Positions 38,733-47,529 of a stretch of DNA of 64,000 bases are shown here, piece by piece. The DNA is from Flavobacteriales bacterium (GTDB lineage Bacteria; Bacteroidota; Bacteroidia; Flavobacteriales; BACL11), in assembly GCA_947502765.1 (NCBI GenBank), contig CANNBA010000012.1, forward strand, positions 5,341 through 69,340, given 5' to 3'. Under the pieces are notes generated by a model. That model saw nothing but the letters and a program-made list of their open reading frames with translations, was not told the DNA's origin and did not search any database. Position 1 is the stretch's first letter. Each line of letters starts with the position of its first letter. The translations under genes were made by a program, and so were the position numbers.

Positions 38733-39230
38733 ATGAATAAAAAAACACTTTTCAGCTTTTTAGCTATCGCATTAGTTGCATCAATTAGTTTTGGTCAAGG
38801 TAGAGCTTTGCCCAACATACAAGTAAAGACCTTAGATGGCAGTAACTTTAACATTACTAAGCTTAAAAATGATGGCAAGCCAATAGTAATCTCCTTTTGG
38901 GCTACATGGTGTAAGCCCTGTAAAAAAGAACTAAATACTATTGCGGAAGTGTATGAAGATTGGCAAAAGAAAACTGGAGTAAAACTAGTTGCAATCTCAA
39001 TTGATGATCCAAGATCAATGTCGCAAGTAGCTCCTTATGTAAATGCATCTGACTGGCAGTATGAAGTTTATTTGGACCCAAATAATGACTTAAAAAGAGC
39101 TATGGGCGTATCAACCGCTCCACATACTTTTTTGCTAAATGGAAAAAATGAAATTGTTTGGCAGCACAGAGGTTATGTTGATGGGGATGAGGCAGAACTA
39201 TTAAAAGAAATTAAAAAACTAGTAAAATAG
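38733..39230 (+). CDS. Periplasmic TlpA/ResA-like thiol-disulfide oxidoreductase (thioredoxin fold)
   Basis: Signal peptide without a lipobox; VISFWATWCKPCKKE CxxC motif; 165 aa. Confidence 0.85.
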   Translation: MNKKTLFSFLAIALVASISFGQGRALPNIQVKTLDGSNFNITKLKNDGKPIVISFWATWCKPCKKELNTIAEVYEDWQKKTGVKLVAISIDDPRSMSQVAPYVNASDWQYEVYLDPNNDLKRAMGVSTAPHTFLLNGKNEIVWQHRGYVDGDEAELLKEIKKLVK

Positions 39231-39233
39231 TTT

Positions 39234-40925
39234 ATGAAAAAGATTGCGCTCTTTATTACTACAATTAGCATGTCTTTCTTAGGATTTTCTCAAGAAAACA
39301 ATTTAGGAGAAATTCATGGCGATTTTAATCTTAACTTACAATCCTATCAAGAAGATTTACAAATTGGAGCTAAAGCGGCTGATGAAATCATCCTCAACAA
39401 TGCTTACTTAAACCTAAATTACACAAAAGGAAATTTTGCAACTGGATTACGATACGAAAGCTACCTAAATGCATTAGTCGATTACGACCCTGAATTTAAA
39501 GGTAATGGTATTGCCTACAGATATGCCACCTACAGTATTGATGGGCTAGAGATTACTGCAGGTAATTATTACGAGCAATTAGGCAGTGGACTTATTTTTA
39601 GAAGTTATGAAGAAAAAGGACTTGGAATTGACAATGCTATGGATGGAGTGCGGTTAAAATACAGCCCAATAGAAGGTATGTATTTAAAAACATTTATTGG
39701 AAAAAGCAGAACTTATTTTGATTATGCTGATGGTATTTTCAGAGGTGCAGATGGAGAGCTAAACATCAATGAATTATTCAATTCTGAATCCAAAACAAAA
39801 ATAATTTTAGGGGGAAGTTTTGTGAGTCGATACCAAGAAAGAAGCAATCTTATCTTTAAAATACCTCAGAACGTTAGCTCTTATGCTGGTAGAATGAACT
39901 TAAATCACGGAGGCTGGAGTTATTATGGGGAATATGCTTATAAAATTAATGACCCTGCAAATGTTTTGACTGCAAGCAAAATGAATTATGCAAGTGGCAA
40001 TGCTTTTACCCAAAACATCACTTTTTCAAAAAAAGGATTTGGAATTATAGCAGAGATGCATAGAACGGACAATATGACTTTTAAATCAGATAGAGATAGA
40101 GATGGGAAAGCCTATTTAATCAATTATATCCCTACTTTAAGTAAGCCACATGCTTATACTTTATTAGCACTTTATCCATGCGCTACACAAGCAAATGGAG
40201 AATTTGGAATCCAATTTGATGTTTTTTACAAATTTCAAAAAGAAACTTTACTGGGGGGGGAATACGGAACAAAACTAGCTCTTAATTATTCTCGAATAAA
40301 TGGCTTAAATTGGGGGAATTCATTCTTAAATGACAATACTGAACATACTCCTATGCTTATTAGTATTAAGAATGAGGAATTGTATTTTAATGACATTAAT
40401 TTAACCATAAATAAAAAATTAAATTCGAATACAGAAGCTAACTTTGTTGTAGCGAATCAAACTTACAATAAAGATTTATTAGAAGGGCATGTTCCTGGCG
40501 ATTATGGAGTTCTTAATTCAACCATACTAATTGCCGATTTAAGTTATGAAATTAAGCAAGGTCATTCTTTGAGAATGGAATTACAAAATCTGATATCTAA
40601 CCAACTTGAAGATTATTCGACTAGTGGTGGGGGATATGAAAATGGAATGGAAGAGCCAGCAGAAGGTGATTGGGGTATGGCTCTTTTAGAATACACCGTT
40701 TCTCCTCATTGGTTTTTTACGGTTCAAGACATGTACAACTATGGAAATGAGTTAGAAGAAAAACAGCTGCATTATTTAAATCTAACGGCTGGTTTTATAA
40801 AAGGAGCAAACCGCTTTGAGATCGGTTACGGAAAGAAAAGAGAAGGAATATTTTGCGTTGGTGGAATATGCAAACTTGTCCCCTCATCAAACGGATTTAG
40901 TGTTAACATATCATCCAGTTTTTAA
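39234..40925 (+). CDS. Putative outer-membrane beta-barrel protein (unknown function)
   Basis: Signal peptide; alternating aromatic/Gly-rich strands; C-terminal ...VNISSSF with a terminal Phe, typical of OMPs. Starts 3 nt after the tlpA-like stop. Confidence 0.55.
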   Translation: MKKIALFITTISMSFLGFSQENNLGEIHGDFNLNLQSYQEDLQIGAKAADEIILNNAYLNLNYTKGNFATGLRYESYLNALVDYDPEFKGNGIAYRYATYSIDGLEITAGNYYEQLGSGLIFRSYEEKGLGIDNAMDGVRLKYSPIEGMYLKTFIGKSRTYFDYADGIFRGADGELNINELFNSESKTKIILGGSFVSRYQERSNLIFKIPQNVSSYAGRMNLNHGGWSYYGEYAYKINDPANVLTASKMNYASGNAFTQNITFSKKGFGIIAEMHRTDNMTFKSDRDRDGKAYLINYIPTLSKPHAYTLLALYPCATQANGEFGIQFDVFYKFQKETLLGGEYGTKLALNYSRINGLNWGNSFLNDNTEHTPMLISIKNEELYFNDINLTINKKLNSNTEANFVVANQTYNKDLLEGHVPGDYGVLNSTILIADLSYEIKQGHSLRMELQNLISNQLEDYSTSGGGYENGMEEPAEGDWGMALLEYTVSPHWFFTVQDMYNYGNELEEKQLHYLNLTAGFIKGANRFEIGYGKKREGIFCVGGICKLVPSSNGFSVNISSSF

Positions 40926-40926
40926 A

Positions 40927-41799
40927 ATGAAAAAATACATCACACTACTAAGCATAATTTTCACAATATCAGCTTGTGATAAAATTGAGGGGCCATACAT
41001 TATAAATTCGGATTCATATGTAAATCCTGACAAGAAAGTTCTTGTAGAAGATTTTACAGGACATTTATGTCCTAATTGCCCTGATGCTGCACGAGAGTTA
41101 GAGGCAATTCATGATATTTATGGAGATCAAATAATTAGTATGGCTATACATGTAAGTAAATCTTTTGCAAGACCATACCCATCTAGTCAAGCTCCAAATT
41201 TTCAATATGACTTCAGAACAAATTGGGGAGATAACTGGGATGCCTTTTTTGGGATTTCTAATGTTGGGCTACCAAGAGGAATGGTTAACAGGATTGGCTA
41301 TCAAAATGACTCTCATAAATTAGGAAAAGATGAGTGGGCAAGTGCAGTTGCTCTTGAACTTAAGAAAGAAGTTGACTTTAAAATTTCAATAAATGCCGAT
41401 ACAAACACAATTACAATTTCATCAACATTAGAAAATGCTGTAGTTAATAATTACAATCTTGTTGTGTGCTTAACAGAAAGTAATATTATCAATTGGCAAA
41501 AAGATGGACAAGAAAATGTTGAAAATTATACGCATAATCATGTTTTAAGAACAGTTATTTATAACGACAAATTATCTGCTCAAACGAATTTTGAAAGTGG
41601 TGAAGTTGTAGAAAATAACTTTGAAATTAGCCTATCTGAATTAGAACAATACAATATTAATTACTCAACAAATACTGCCGAATTAGGCAATGGCAATGCG
41701 GGTGGTTGGAATGCGGCAAATATGTCAGTTGTTGCTTATATTTACAATACAATTACTAAAGAGATTGTGCAGGTTGAAGAAGCACATTTAACTAATTAA
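40927..41799 (+). CDS. Lipoprotein with a thioredoxin-like CPNC motif (Omp28-related type, recalled from memory)
   Basis: Start moved to ATG 40927 (MKKYITLLSIIFTISAC, lipobox ISAC). The track's 40816 start overlaps the upstream gene. Motif VEDFTGHLCPNCPDA. Confidence 0.6.
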   Translation: MKKYITLLSIIFTISACDKIEGPYIINSDSYVNPDKKVLVEDFTGHLCPNCPDAARELEAIHDIYGDQIISMAIHVSKSFARPYPSSQAPNFQYDFRTNWGDNWDAFFGISNVGLPRGMVNRIGYQNDSHKLGKDEWASAVALELKKEVDFKISINADTNTITISSTLENAVVNNYNLVVCLTESNIINWQKDGQENVENYTHNHVLRTVIYNDKLSAQTNFESGEVVENNFEISLSELEQYNINYSTNTAELGNGNAGGWNAANMSVVAYIYNTITKEIVQVEEAHLTN

Positions 41800-41809
41800 A
41801 ATTACTAGT

Positions 41810-42736
41810 ATGAAAAAATTACTATTTACATTTTTAGCTGGGTTTATTGGATTTACATCTTATGGGCAAGCAGATGAAATTATAGATGGGAAAAGCTTAA
41901 TTAAAGCCTATATTAGTCCATTAGGAAATAGCTTTGGTGCTGCTTTGAATAACGGATGGTATAATACTGCTAAGCCCCATAAACTAGGTGGTTTTGATGT
42001 TACTATTACTGCCAACATTGTAATAGTTCCTCCTAATGCAAAAACATTTAATGTCTCCGAATCGAATGGAAACACATTTAAAGGTGTTGAAACTCCAACA
42101 ATTTTAGGTAATGGAAATGGATCTCAAGTTACTTATAGTGAGGCACAATACGATATGCCAAAAGGGCTTAATATACCTGTTATTCCTCTGCCAATGTTAC
42201 AAGCCGGAGTTGGCTTAATAAAAAGTACAGAAATAGATGTCCGATATATGCCAGAACTTAAAATTTGCAATGCTGGTAAGATGGGTTTATTTGGGATAGG
42301 ATTAAAACATGATATCTTACAATGGTTACCTATTGTGGATAAAATTCCGATAGATCTTTCGGTACAAGCAGGCTACACAAAGCTTAGTTCAGAAATTAAA
42401 CTTATAGAACCTACGAGCACCACATCTCCCCAAGCAAACTTAGATGTTTCTGCAACCACAATAAATCTAATACTCTCAAAAAAATTATTAATGTTTACTC
42501 CATATTTAGGATTAGGCTATAACTCAACAAAAACAACTTTTAATATTAATGGGGATTACAATATAGCTGGATTACCTATTGATATAGATGAGTTGACAAA
42601 ATTAGATTTTGAAAGCAATAATTTTAGAGCAAATATTGGTTTTAGGTTTAATATTGCTGTGCTTGCATTACAGGCTAATTATACTTTTGCAGAGTACCCA
42701 ACTGCAACTCTTGGGCTTGGAGTTAGTTTGAGATAA
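41810..42736 (+). CDS. Putative outer-membrane protein, unknown family
   Basis: Signal peptide (…FTSYGQA); beta-rich, Gly/aromatic alternation; no TM helices. Confidence 0.4.
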   Translation: MKKLLFTFLAGFIGFTSYGQADEIIDGKSLIKAYISPLGNSFGAALNNGWYNTAKPHKLGGFDVTITANIVIVPPNAKTFNVSESNGNTFKGVETPTILGNGNGSQVTYSEAQYDMPKGLNIPVIPLPMLQAGVGLIKSTEIDVRYMPELKICNAGKMGLFGIGLKHDILQWLPIVDKIPIDLSVQAGYTKLSSEIKLIEPTSTTSPQANLDVSATTINLILSKKLLMFTPYLGLGYNSTKTTFNINGDYNIAGLPIDIDELTKLDFESNNFRANIGFRFNIAVLALQANYTFAEYPTATLGLGVSLR

Positions 42737-42737
42737 T

Positions 42738-43349
42738 ATGATAAAGAAATTTGCAATAATCCTTAGTTGTGGATTTCTAACTTTTAGCATTCAAGCGCAA
42801 GATTTTGGTGGTGGAGTTATTTTAGGGCTTAGCACCTCACAAGTGGGAGGAGATAATCTAGCAGGGTTCCATAAAGCAGGTTTATTACTAGGTGTTTTTG
42901 CAAATAAATCTATCACAGAACTTTTAAGTTTTCAAATGGAGATGACCTATATCCAAAAAGGAAGTAACAACCCGAACATGAATAATCCTGAACATCCAAA
43001 TTTGCTTCCAGATATTTCTCTTTCATACATAGAAGTACCATTATTATTACAATATCATCAAAGCGATAAGTTAAAAATTGAAGGGGGTGTACTAACAGCT
43101 TACCTAGTTGATGGTCATTATAATGACTTAAGTGGGGAAATGCCTAATGAACCAAATCCATTTATCAGTTATGATATTGGCTTATTGCTTGGGATTGACT
43201 ATAAATATTCTGAAAATATTAGTTTAAATACAAGAATTAGAAATTCCATTTTACCAATTGGTTCTGAAGATTACAAAAATTTAGATTCAGACTTCAAAAA
43301 AGGAAAATACAATTCCGTTTTAAGTTTCGCTTTACATTATAATTTCTAA
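42738..43349 (+). CDS. Small outer-membrane beta-barrel (porin-family / OmpW-size)
   Basis: Signal peptide ending IQAQ; 203 aa; C-terminal ...SFALHYNF with a terminal Phe. Confidence 0.55.
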   Translation: MIKKFAIILSCGFLTFSIQAQDFGGGVILGLSTSQVGGDNLAGFHKAGLLLGVFANKSITELLSFQMEMTYIQKGSNNPNMNNPEHPNLLPDISLSYIEVPLLLQYHQSDKLKIEGGVLTAYLVDGHYNDLSGEMPNEPNPFISYDIGLLLGIDYKYSENISLNTRIRNSILPIGSEDYKNLDSDFKKGKYNSVLSFALHYNF

Positions 43350-43915
43350 TGAACAAAAAACACAAAATAATAGTTGCAGTTTCAGGAGCAAGTGGAGCAA
43401 TCTATGCCAAAGTTTTATTTGATAAATTGGTCCAATTAAATAACCAAATAGAAAAAATTGGAGTCCTAATGTCTGATAATGCCAAGTATGTTTGGGAGCA
43501 AGAGCTTGGCAATACTGATTACAAAAATTACCCTTTTACATTTTATAACAAAATGGATTTTATGGCTCCTTTTGCCAGTGGATCTGCAAATTACGGAACA
43601 ATGATAATATGCCCATCATCAATGGGAACTATGGGGCGTATTGCTAGTGGAATAAGTGATGATTTAACAACAAGAGCAGCTGATGTAATCCTAAAAGAAA
43701 GACGAAAACTTATTATTGTAGCAAGAGAAACTCCTTTAAGTTTAATACACATTAATAATATGAAGTTAATTACAGAGGCTGGTGGAATTATCTGCCCCGC
43801 AACCCCTTCTTTTTATAGCAAGCCTCAAACTTTTGAAGAACTGGCTGCTACAGTAATTGATAGAGTATTAACACTCTCAGGTTTACAAAACGATTCATAT
43901 AGTTGGAACGAATAA
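43349..43915 (+). CDS. ubiX: Flavin prenyltransferase UbiX (prenyl-FMN synthase)
   Basis: IIVAVSGASGAIYA and CPSSMGTMGRIASG motifs; 188 aa. Start overlaps the previous stop (TAATG). Confidence 0.9.
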   Translation: MNKKHKIIVAVSGASGAIYAKVLFDKLVQLNNQIEKIGVLMSDNAKYVWEQELGNTDYKNYPFTFYNKMDFMAPFASGSANYGTMIICPSSMGTMGRIASGISDDLTTRAADVILKERRKLIIVARETPLSLIHINNMKLITEAGGIICPATPSFYSKPQTFEELAATVIDRVLTLSGLQNDSYSWNE

Positions 43916-43964
43916 TAATAAATTTCTGAGTTTTGTGTTATTGTAATTGTAAACATTAAATATT

Positions 43965-44150
43965 ATGTTAGAATTCAGTAAAAAAATCCTAAGTAAAGTT
44001 AGTTTTGATAAAAATCTTTTCAAAAAAGAACTTTCAAAAAGCATAAGATGGTTGAGTAAAAAGGAAGTATTAACTTTAAAAATATGGGCACTTACTACTT
44101 TTTCGCAATACAAAAATACTATCCAAGAAGTTTTTGATCAAATCTCTTAA
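43965..44150 (+). CDS. Hypothetical small Lys-rich protein (61 aa)
   Basis: ORF only. No recognisable motif or promoter box. Lies 49 nt downstream of ubiX and overlaps the ruvB stop convergently by 4 nt. Confidence 0.25.
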   Translation: MLEFSKKILSKVSFDKNLFKKELSKSIRWLSKKEVLTLKIWALTTFSQYKNTIQEVFDQIS

Positions 44151-45166
44151 AATAGATTTCCTTGATCAGCCGGTTTTACTTTTCCTAAATGCTTAAATGC
44201 AAGTTCAGTGGCTTGCCTTCCTCTTGGTGTTCGCATCAGATAACCTTCCATTATTAGAAAAGGCTCGTAAACTTCCTCAATAGTTCCTGCTTGCTCTCCT
44301 ACTGCAGTTGCAATAGTTGTAAGTCCAACAGGGCCTCCCTTGAATTTATCAATAATCGCAGATAAAATTCTATTATCCATCTCATCTAGCCCATGCTCAT
44401 CAACATTTAAAGCTTCTAATGAATATTTAGTAATTTTCATATCAATATTACCATCTCCTTTTATCTGGGCAAAATCTCTCACTCTTCTAAGTAGTGCATT
44501 TGCAATTCTAGGGGTTCCTCTACTTCTTCTTGCAATTTCTGATGCTGCTTCTTTAGCAATACCAATATCCAAAATAGAAGAGGATCTGTTTATAATTTTT
44601 GATAATAAATCTAGCTGATAATATTCCAACCTGCAATTAATACCAAAACGAGCTCTTAGTGGAGAGGTTAGTAAGCCTGAACGAGTTGTTGCCCCAATTA
44701 AAGTAAAGGGATTTATTTTTATTTGGACAGATCGTGCATTGGGTCCTGATTCAATCATGATATCAATTTGATAATCCTCCATAGCAGAATACAAATACTC
44801 TTCCACGATTGGATTTAATCTATGTATCTCATCTATAAATAAAACATCTCTTTCTTCCAAGTTTGTGAGTAGTCCTGCCAAATCTCCAGGCTTATCAAGT
44901 ACCGGTCCAGAAGTGGTTTTTATATTTACCCCAAGTTCATTTGCTATAATATTGCCCAGTGTAGTTTTTCCAAGCCCTGGAGGGCCGTGTAATAGCACGT
45001 GATCCAAAGCGTCTTGTCTTTTTTTTGCAGCTTCAATAAAAACCTTAAGATTATCAACTATTTTATCTTGACCTTCAAAATCAACAAATAGTTTAGGGCG
45101 TAAAACCTGCTCTATCTCAAATTCTTCATTAAAGCCATCTTGCTCAATTTCATAATCTTCATTCAT
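44147..45166 (-). CDS. ruvB: Holliday junction DNA helicase RuvB
   Basis: AAA+ motifs GPPGLGKTT and FIDEIHRL; conserved RuvB C-terminal winged helix. Confidence 0.95.
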   Translation of the reverse strand: MNEDYEIEQDGFNEEFEIEQVLRPKLFVDFEGQDKIVDNLKVFIEAAKKRQDALDHVLLHGPPGLGKTTLGNIIANELGVNIKTTSGPVLDKPGDLAGLLTNLEERDVLFIDEIHRLNPIVEEYLYSAMEDYQIDIMIESGPNARSVQIKINPFTLIGATTRSGLLTSPLRARFGINCRLEYYQLDLLSKIINRSSSILDIGIAKEAASEIARRSRGTPRIANALLRRVRDFAQIKGDGNIDMKITKYSLEALNVDEHGLDEMDNRILSAIIDKFKGGPVGLTTIATAVGEQAGTIEEVYEPFLIMEGYLMRTPRGRQATELAFKHLGKVKPADQGNLF

Positions 45167-45173
45167 ATACTAG

Positions 45174-45181
45174 CAAAAATA
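45174..45181 (-). promoter_or_regulatory. Candidate -7 box (TATTTTTG on the minus strand) for ruvB, only 7 nt from the ATG
   Basis: Plus-strand CAAAAATA. It sits directly between the act-operon terminator and the ruvB ATG at 45166. Confidence 0.4.
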
Positions 45182-45185
45182 AGCA

Positions 45186-45216
45186 TAAAAAAAGGTCAGA
45201 TTAATCTGACCTTTTA
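45186..45216 (-). terminator. Rho-independent terminator of the alternative complex III operon
   Basis: AAAAGGTCAGA / TCTGACCTTTT 11-bp perfect stem with loop TTAA, followed on the minus strand by TTTTTTTATG. Confidence 0.7.
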
Positions 45217-45237
45217 AAATATATCAACAACACCATT

Positions 45238-46422
45238 TTATGTATGTAAGTGTTTGGACTCATCTAAGAAAGGATGATTTTTAGTTTCTAAAGGTGCTTT
45301 TGTTAAAGTATTTAACGTTAAGTAAATTAACAGTCCAGCAAAACCTAATCCCATTCCGATCTCAGTAAAACCAATATGGCCATGCGTTCCTAAAGTTCCT
45401 GGCGCGACTAATAAATAAGAATTGAGCCAATGGCCAAGTAATATTACGCAACTAACAAAAATTAATCTGCTACTGTTTCTTTTGGCATCTCTACTCATTA
45501 ATAAAATAATTGGAAAAAGGAAATTAATAAGCATACTGAACCAGAATAAAAATTTGTAATTTTTAACTTCAAGCCTTGCCGTAAAATAAGTTACTTCTTC
45601 AGGAATATTGGCATACCAAATTAACATAAACTGTGAAAACCACATATAAGTCCAAACTAAAGAGAAAGCAAAAATCCATTTTCCTAAGTCATGAATATGA
45701 CTTTCATTTACATCTTTTAAATACCCTTGTCTTTTTAAATACAGTGTGAATAAAAAGATTGTGGTAAAACCAATCGCACTCCATTCAGCAAAAACATACC
45801 AACCAAAAATAGTGGAGAACCAGTGCGCGTCAATCGACATAATCCAGTCCCAAGATGCCATTGCAGAAGTAACTGCAAAAAACACCATGAACCAAGCTGA
45901 AGTGCTAACCCCTTTAAAATGAATTCCTGGTCCTGATTGCTTATCTTCAAGTAGAGATAATGATCTTAATTTTTTAGCAAAATAATTCCATCCTAATAAG
46001 TAAACTATTGTTCTAATAACAAAGAAAGTTGCATTTAAATAAGGCTCTTTTCCCGATATTATTCGATCATAGTGTTCGCTTGCAGGATCCATAATTCCCT
46101 CATGTAACCAGTGATAAATATGATTCCAATGCATAATAGAAGCAATCATAATGAATAGCATAATTCCACTAAACACTGGAAGTGCTCCCATAATTGCTTC
46201 TGGTACTCTCTTAAGGACAATTGACCATCCGGCTTCCGCAACATATTGCAAAGCCACAAAGAATACTGCAAATACTGATATTCCTAAATAAAAGTAGGTG
46301 TTGAATAAAAGTGCAGGCCAAGCTCCGTGGGGATTTGAAACAAATCCAAAAATTACTGTTATAATCCCAATAGCCATAAGGGCCATAGAAAAATTCTTTG
46401 CTTTTTTATCTATTGTAAACAT
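45238..46422 (-). CDS. actF: Alternative complex III membrane subunit ActF-like
   Basis: 394-aa polytopic membrane protein occupying the last position of the act operon. Confidence 0.65.
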   Translation of the reverse strand: MFTIDKKAKNFSMALMAIGIITVIFGFVSNPHGAWPALLFNTYFYLGISVFAVFFVALQYVAEAGWSIVLKRVPEAIMGALPVFSGIMLFIMIASIMHWNHIYHWLHEGIMDPASEHYDRIISGKEPYLNATFFVIRTIVYLLGWNYFAKKLRSLSLLEDKQSGPGIHFKGVSTSAWFMVFFAVTSAMASWDWIMSIDAHWFSTIFGWYVFAEWSAIGFTTIFLFTLYLKRQGYLKDVNESHIHDLGKWIFAFSLVWTYMWFSQFMLIWYANIPEEVTYFTARLEVKNYKFLFWFSMLINFLFPIILLMSRDAKRNSSRLIFVSCVILLGHWLNSYLLVAPGTLGTHGHIGFTEIGMGLGFAGLLIYLTLNTLTKAPLETKNHPFLDESKHLHT

Positions 46423-46423
46423 T

Positions 46424-47005
46424 CTAATTCTCTTTTAATTTTTCGCCTTGTAACTTTTGAACATGAAGTACAATCTTCCACCTCTCTTGTTCAGTAATTT
46501 GAGAAGCATGAGGCCCCATTGCATTTAAACCATATGTAATAGCATGGAAAATATGGCCAGATTTTAATTGATTCATTGGGACGTCTGCTCTTCTTAATAA
46601 TTTAGCGTCATTATAATGAGGTACTGCAGAATAAATTGGATGTTTAATTGTTCCATCTCCCGCACCTGTTGCTCCGTGACAATGCTGACAAAACATTCCA
46701 TAAAGGGCTTGGCCATCTGCTAAGTTTTTTTCATTATTTTCTAGTGGATTAACTACTGTATTTCCTGCAGCTAAATATCCTTCTAAAGTATTGTCATAAT
46801 TAAAGGCTAATAATTTTCCTTTAGCAATAGTCCCTTTTACAGGCTTTCCGTCATAATTTTCTATATTGTGCTCTTCATAAGTTTCTATACTTGGAGAGCG
46901 GTACATATTAGGCATATATTCGTATCCAGGACTAGAATCCCCTCCGCAAGAAGTAAAGAATATAACTGCTATAATAAATACGGTTGTTGTTAATAGTTTA
47001 TTCAT
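46424..47005 (-). CDS. actE: Alternative complex III monoheme cytochrome c subunit
   Basis: Lipoprotein-like signal (FFTSCGG) and a single CQHCH heme-binding motif. Confidence 0.75.
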   Translation of the reverse strand: MNKLLTTTVFIIAVIFFTSCGGDSSPGYEYMPNMYRSPSIETYEEHNIENYDGKPVKGTIAKGKLLAFNYDNTLEGYLAAGNTVVNPLENNEKNLADGQALYGMFCQHCHGATGAGDGTIKHPIYSAVPHYNDAKLLRRADVPMNQLKSGHIFHAITYGLNAMGPHASQITEQERWKIVLHVQKLQGEKLKEN

Positions 47006-47007
47006 AA

Positions 47008-47529
47008 TTAAGCATCTTTTTCATTAATTTCTGAAGCCCCTGTCTTAGCAAGTATATTTTTTACAGAAGATGCATCACCTTCAACCTCAATCTCCATTAA
47101 AAATTTATCGTCTGTAGTTCTTGGATCAGGACTTCCAGATTTTCCTCCTGGGAACAAGCCACATCTTATCAAATAAGTAATTGACATGAGGTGGGCAGCA
47201 AACATTACAGTACATTCAAATAAGATAGGAACAAAAGCCGGCATGTTATGATAGAAAGTCCAATTTGGCTTACCTCCAATATTTTGTGGCCAATCAATTA
47301 TCATAATATTATAAATCATTAAAGCACCTAATGAAAGTCCTATACAACCATATATAAAAGCTGTAATTGCCATTCTTGTTTCTTTTAGACCTAAAGCTTT
47401 ATCCAATCCATGTACTGGAAAAGGAGAATAAACTTCCTTAATATCAATATTATTGGCACGGATTTCTTTTACTGAAGAAAGCAGAACTTCTTCATCATCA
47501 AAAATACCGTATATTGTTTTTGTACTCAT
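47008..47529 (-). CDS. actD: Alternative complex III subunit ActD (DUF3341-like)
   Basis: 173 aa with two central TM helices, in the conserved operon position between actC and actE. Confidence 0.7.
   Translation of the reverse strand: MSTKTIYGIFDDEEVLLSSVKEIRANNIDIKEVYSPFPVHGLDKALGLKETRMAITAFIYGCIGLSLGALMIYNIMIIDWPQNIGGKPNWTFYHNMPAFVPILFECTVMFAAHLMSITYLIRCGLFPGGKSGSPDPRTTDDKFLMEIEVEGDASSVKNILAKTGASEINEKDA

Noticed and set aside
40816-40926. 37-codon N-terminal extension of the CPNC lipoprotein ORF given in the track.
   Set aside because: It overlaps the 3' end of the preceding barrel gene in another frame. The internal ATG at 40927 is followed by a textbook lipoprotein signal peptide.
43895-44113. 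72-aa minus-strand ORF between ubiX and ruvB.
   Set aside because: It overlaps the plus-strand 61-aa ORF and the ubiX 3' end. The product is AT-driven and low-complexity, with no promoter box and no motif.
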